Origin: a candidate division WOR-3 bacterium
GTDB lineage: Bacteria > Hydrothermota > Tepidihabitantia > Tepidihabitantales > Tepidihabitantaceae
Assembly (NCBI GenBank): GCA_965649205.1
Contig: CBFGJV010000030.1
Span: forward strand, 1 to 19,228
Reading direction: 5' to 3'
Length of the DNA stretch: 19,228 nucleotides
Shown here: positions 15,424 through 19,228 of the stretch, piece after piece
Numbering within the stretch: the stretch's first letter is position 1
Layout of the letters: every line of letters starts with the position of its first letter
The notes under the pieces: generated by a model
What the model was told of the DNA's origin: nothing
Database searches by the model: none
What the model saw: the letters and a program-made list of their open reading frames with translations, nothing else
Made by a program: the position numbers and the translations under genes

Positions 15424-16434
15424 TCAGCTCTGAGAACATACAGCTTTCTGCCAGACGCGGAGGAAGTTCTCGCCCTGAACCTTGCGGATGTCGGGATCGG
15501 AGAAGCCACGGGCGCGGAGACCTTCTGCAATCGCGGGTATCTTCGTGGCGTCTTCCAGTCCTGCCGGGCCTTGCCCGAAGCCGTCGAAGTCTGAGCCGAG
15601 AGCGACTGAGTCTATACCTGCTACCTCAACTGCGTGCTCGATATGGTCAAGGACATCTTCCAGTGATGTTGGCTCCGGTTCCGGTCGTAGAAATGCAGGA
15701 AGAAATACAATTCCGATAACACCTTCTGCCTGCGCCAAGGCTTTGAGTTGTTCATCGGTCAGATTGCGAGGATGGTCGCACAAAGCTCGACAGGCGGAAT
15801 GAGAACAGATGACCGGAGCAGTTGATTTCTCCAGGACATGGTAGAAGGTCTTAGGAGCAGAGTGGGACAGGTCAACAATGATACCTAGTCTGTTCATTAA
15901 TGCGACTGCTCTGACGCCGAGCTGAGTCAGTCCGCGGCCGGTGTCTTCGAGACAGGAGTCAGCGAATTCGTTGGCGTTATTCCAAGTCAGAGTGATGACG
16001 CGGACCCCGCGCTTCTGGAATGCCTCGATGTTGTCGAGACTGCCTTCCAGCGCATGGCCGCCTTCGATGCCAAGAATGCCGGCGATGCGACCGAATTTGA
16101 CCAGTTTCATCATTTCATCTGGAGTATGGGCAGGGCCGATCTCTTGCGGTACAGTGCGGCAGATGTCTTCGAACGCGTCTAGCGCCTTATGCACAAAAAC
16201 CGCACGTTCGCCTGGTTTGAGTGTCTCCGGGTTAGTCCAGACTGCGAATACCTGCGCAGTAATGCCGCCTTCTTTCATGCGAGGCAAATCAAGGTGGCCT
16301 GTGTCCAGGCGTTTGGTGATATCTTTGCGCCCCTGGGCATGGTCATGGAGAGAATCACAGTGCAGGTCAACCACAAGTCTTGCGCCAGACGGCGAAAGGG
16401 AATGCTCAGACGACGAATCGGTTTGATTGAGCAT
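15424..16434 (-). CDS. Membrane/renal dipeptidase family (peptidase M19)
   Basis: Motifs DLHCD, GIEGG, TLTWN, DLSH, SHS, HPRN, GSDFDG, GENFLRV. Start moved from the TTG at 16470 to the in-frame ATG at 16434 because that TTG coincides with a -35 box. Confidence 0.92.
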   Translation of the reverse strand: MLNQTDSSSEHSLSPSGARLVVDLHCDSLHDHAQGRKDITKRLDTGHLDLPRMKEGGITAQVFAVWTNPETLKPGERAVFVHKALDAFEDICRTVPQEIGPAHTPDEMMKLVKFGRIAGILGIEGGHALEGSLDNIEAFQKRGVRVITLTWNNANEFADSCLEDTGRGLTQLGVRAVALMNRLGIIVDLSHSAPKTFYHVLEKSTAPVICSHSACRALCDHPRNLTDEQLKALAQAEGVIGIVFLPAFLRPEPEPTSLEDVLDHIEHAVEVAGIDSVALGSDFDGFGQGPAGLEDATKIPAIAEGLRARGFSDPDIRKVQGENFLRVWQKAVCSQS

Positions 16435-16442
16435 AGACACTG

Positions 16443-16470
16443 ATGGTAGCCGTGTGGAGCGGAGCGTCAA
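16443..16470 (-). promoter_or_regulatory. Candidate sigma70 promoter directly upstream of the dipeptidase ATG
   Basis: Minus strand TTGACG (16470-16465), 16 nt, TACCAT (16448-16443), 8 nt, ATG. Confidence 0.55.
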
Positions 16471-16886
16471 GATAAAGCGGTCGGTGCTGTAGCCAGGCGG
16501 GAAGTGATGCGGAAGAAGTTGTCGGGGAGTCCCCAGGGCAGGGGCCGCCTAGGGGGCAGGACGCAGGTCAGGAGCAGGAAAACGGAAAGCGACAGGTTGT
16601 TTTGGGGCGCAGGTTTGTCGGTAAAGCTGGGGCTGAGACGATGAAGGAGGTGGAAAGACAAATAGAAGAACTCGCGGGGGAAGGAGCAGAAAAAAGAACC
16701 GAAAGTTGCTTGAGGCTGTTTGCGGAGTGGCTGCGACAGAACATCGTATAGTCGGAATGAAAACGTCTGTCTGAGGTTTCATTTGGGCGAGGATTCCAGC
16801 CTACGGGAAAACGTTGGTGTTCGGAAGAAAGTCTTGACCAAAGAAAGGTGTTCCGCGGAGAACGCAGCCTGCAAAAGAGACGAGAG

Positions 16887-18539
16887 TCAGCCAAGAATTG
16901 CCCGCAGGTCTTCTTCCGATGTCCTTATTGGCGTGACGTTGAACTTGTCCATGAGCACCTTGAGCACGTTGGGTGTGATGAAAGCAGGCAAGCTTGGACC
17001 CAGGCGGATGTTTTTAATACCGAGATGGAGCAGGGCGAGCAGTACCGCTACTGCTTTCTGTTCATACCAGGAGATGATGAATGAGAGCGGCAGGCTGTTG
17101 ACGTCGGTGTTGAAAGCCTTGGCTAGGGCCGAAGCAATCTGAATTGCGGAGTAAGCGTCATTACACTGGCCAATGTCCAATAGACGCGGGATACCGTCAA
17201 TGTCGCCGAATTCCAGCCGATTGAACTTGAACTTGCCGCAGGCAAGGGTGAAAATCAGGCAATCCTTTGGCACTTTCTGGGCGAACTCTGTGTAGTAGTT
17301 GCGCTCCGGCTTTGAGCCGTCGCAACCGCCAATGAGGAAGAAGCGCCTTATCTTGCCCACCTTGACCAGTTCGATGACCTTGTCCGCGAGAGACATCACC
17401 GCGTTGTGGCCGAATCCGACCGTAATGTACTTCTCTTCGCCATCTGCGTCAAAACCCGGTGCGGCAAGCGCGGCATTGATAACCGGCGTGAAGTCTTTAT
17501 CTGGGCCGATGTGAGGAACGCCCGGCCAGGCGACCAGCCCAGTGGTGAAGATGCGTTCAAAGTAGCTTTTCTGTGGTCGCTGGATGCAGTTGGTAGTCAT
17601 GACGATGGCGCCCGGAAAGTTCGGGAATTCCTTCTGCTGGTTCTGCCAGGCAGTACCGAAGTGGCCGGCAAGATGTTTGTACTTCTTCAAACCCGGATAA
17701 CCGTGGCAGGGCAGCATCTCGCCATGGGTGTAGACGTTGATGCCTTTGTCTTCGGTCTGCTTCAGGATAAGTTCCAAATCACGCAGGTCGTGACCGGACA
17801 CAAGGATTGCCTTGCCTTTACGCGGGGTGATACGCACCTTGGTCGGCTCCGGATGACCATAGGTGCCGGTGTTGGCTGCATCGAGCAGTTCCATAGCCTT
17901 GAGATTGACTTCGCCGGCCTTGAGTGCAGCGGCAACAAGCTCCTCGGCGGTGAAGGTGTCGTGCGAGATAAGGTCAAGCAGGCGGAAGATGTCTGCATAG
18001 TGCTCGTTCGATTCCCGGCCCAGGATGGCGGCGTGATCAGTATAGGCGGCAATGCCCTTGAGTCCGAACAGGATGAGGTCGAGGAGGCCGGCGATGTCGT
18101 GCCCGAACTGCTCGTGACGCTTGAGAATGCCTTTGTCCCGGCCCTGCTCGACGAGCGCGGATATGTTGCCAGCAGGTTGCCACGCGGCTGGGCCGGATAG
18201 TTGCTCAACTGCTTTCTGCAGTCTTCTTGCCGCCTCTTCGTACAATTTCTTTGCTTTGTCCTTCACGTGTGCGGCCCGCAGGAGCAGACCGTGCAGTCGC
18301 TCCGGGTCAAAGTCCACATTGGTGATGGTCGAGAACAGCGCCTCAACTGTGAATCGGTTCACTTCCGGGTCGAACGCTCCCATTTCAGCTGCCCGATGTG
18401 CATACATTGCTATGCCCTTGGTGGCGTATACCAGCAGGTCCTGCAGGACTGCTGTCCTTTCGTCCTTGCCGCAGACACCCTGTACGGTGCAACCGGTACC
18501 TTTGGCGGTCTGTTCACACTGATAGCAGAACATGCTCAC
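16887..18539 (-). CDS. hcp: Hybrid cluster protein (hydroxylamine/NO reductase), class I type
   Basis: N-terminal MFCYQCEQTAKGTGCTVQGVCGK (CX2CX8CX5C). Hybrid-cluster ligand motifs SGHD, THGEM, TTNC, GGCDG, LACG, GQCND, WYEQK; 550 aa. AAGGAG lies 7 nt before the GTG, which overlaps the upstream stop (GTGA). Confidence 0.97.
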   Translation of the reverse strand: MSMFCYQCEQTAKGTGCTVQGVCGKDERTAVLQDLLVYATKGIAMYAHRAAEMGAFDPEVNRFTVEALFSTITNVDFDPERLHGLLLRAAHVKDKAKKLYEEAARRLQKAVEQLSGPAAWQPAGNISALVEQGRDKGILKRHEQFGHDIAGLLDLILFGLKGIAAYTDHAAILGRESNEHYADIFRLLDLISHDTFTAEELVAAALKAGEVNLKAMELLDAANTGTYGHPEPTKVRITPRKGKAILVSGHDLRDLELILKQTEDKGINVYTHGEMLPCHGYPGLKKYKHLAGHFGTAWQNQQKEFPNFPGAIVMTTNCIQRPQKSYFERIFTTGLVAWPGVPHIGPDKDFTPVINAALAAPGFDADGEEKYITVGFGHNAVMSLADKVIELVKVGKIRRFFLIGGCDGSKPERNYYTEFAQKVPKDCLIFTLACGKFKFNRLEFGDIDGIPRLLDIGQCNDAYSAIQIASALAKAFNTDVNSLPLSFIISWYEQKAVAVLLALLHLGIKNIRLGPSLPAFITPNVLKVLMDKFNVTPIRTSEEDLRAILG

Positions 18540-19228
18540 GATTTTACTCCTTGGGTTTGTTTCACTGTCTTGCCATCTATGTCTATCGTAACTTCGGCGA
18601 ACGGAATGACCTCGCCCGAATCTTCTATTGCCTGCTGTACCAGTTGCACAAGACCATAGCAGCAGGGTACGGTCATATGCGCCACGGTTACAGACTTCGG
18701 CTTTGCAGTCCGGAACAGCTCGGTCAGTTTCTCTACATAGAATTGTGCATCGTCCAGTTTGGGGCAGGCAATGAGAAGAATTCGGTTTCTGACAAGTTCC
18801 TCGTGGAAGTTGGGGTGCGAAGAGCCCACACAGTCGGCCGAAATCAGAAGGTCCGCACCTTTGAGATAAGGAGCTGAAACCGGTACCAGCATCAGTTGGA
18901 TTGGCCAGTTGCGCAGATGCGACAGAGGCCGAGGAATTGAGTGGTCAGTTGTGCGAGCGACTGCGACAGAGGGTGAAAGTTCACGGACCGCAGAGCCGGG
19001 ACAGCCACAGGCAAGTGTTTTCTTCTCACCCGGAATGGGGATATTGTGTTGCCTTAGATAGGCGACCGCCTGGTTATGGTAGTCAATAGCACCATGGTCT
19101 TTCAGATGTGCCAGGTGTGCGGCGATAGTGTTGGGCCCGGTCTTGACGATGTTGGCCATCACTCTGGCTTCGTCGTACGGCTCGGCTTCACGTTCAATCA
19201 CCGTCATTGCGCCTTCCGGACAGTGACC
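18536..19228 (-). CDS. Ferredoxin-domain iron-sulfur protein of the type found next to hcp (FrdX-like), 5' partial
   Basis: Frame is open to the window edge (GHCPEGA-MTVIEREAEPYDE, the tail of a 4Fe-4S ferredoxin motif). Conserved GCPGS, WPIQL, ADC, CPKLD, VPCC. Confidence 0.88.
   Translation of the reverse strand, partial: GHCPEGAMTVIEREAEPYDEARVMANIVKTGPNTIAAHLAHLKDHGAIDYHNQAVAYLRQHNIPIPGEKKTLACGCPGSAVRELSPSVAVARTTDHSIPRPLSHLRNWPIQLMLVPVSAPYLKGADLLISADCVGSSHPNFHEELVRNRILLIACPKLDDAQFYVEKLTELFRTAKPKSVTVAHMTVPCCYGLVQLVQQAIEDSGEVIPFAEVTIDIDGKTVKQTQGVKS

Noticed and set aside
580..19089. Numerous antisense or alternate-frame ORFs in the track (e.g. 580-1140, 2133-2366, 8323-8862, 17406-18200)
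   Set aside because: They overlap well-supported genes and lack motifs or SD sequences; they are shadow ORFs.

Overview
Bacterial chromosomal window dominated by a cluster of secreted, surface-directed proteins with type IX secretion (T9SS)-like C-terminal domains. The architecture (DVGxxxIxAP...NDT Ig/CARDB-like repeats, a Lys-rich Kelch-like propeller before the CTD, short degenerate CTDs) resembles proteins I recall from candidate division WOR-3; this taxonomy is inference only. Left to right: (1) the 3' part of an Ig-repeat protein with an atypical FlgD-Ig/type-B-like CTD; (2) a closely coupled PorV/PorQ-family barrel fused to two carboxypeptidase-regulatory-like domains and an OmpA-like peptidoglycan-binding domain; (3) a DUF6232-like gene split by a 1-nt frameshift; (4) a 1903-aa multidomain adhesin-like protein; (5) two divergent CTD proteins sharing a paralogous N-terminal domain and an overlapping bidirectional promoter; (6) a secreted ComEC/Rec2-like metallo-beta-lactamase-fold hydrolase; (7) an M19 dipeptidase; (8) hcp with its upstream Fe-S protein, truncated by the window edge. 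The best candidate for an undescribed system is the two-gene cargo + barrel-CRD-OmpA module, which looks like a single-chain equivalent of the Bacteroidota PorP(SprF)/PorE surface-anchoring complex. No rRNA, tRNA, CRISPR array or transposase was seen. All domain calls come from motif recognition by eye, not database searches.
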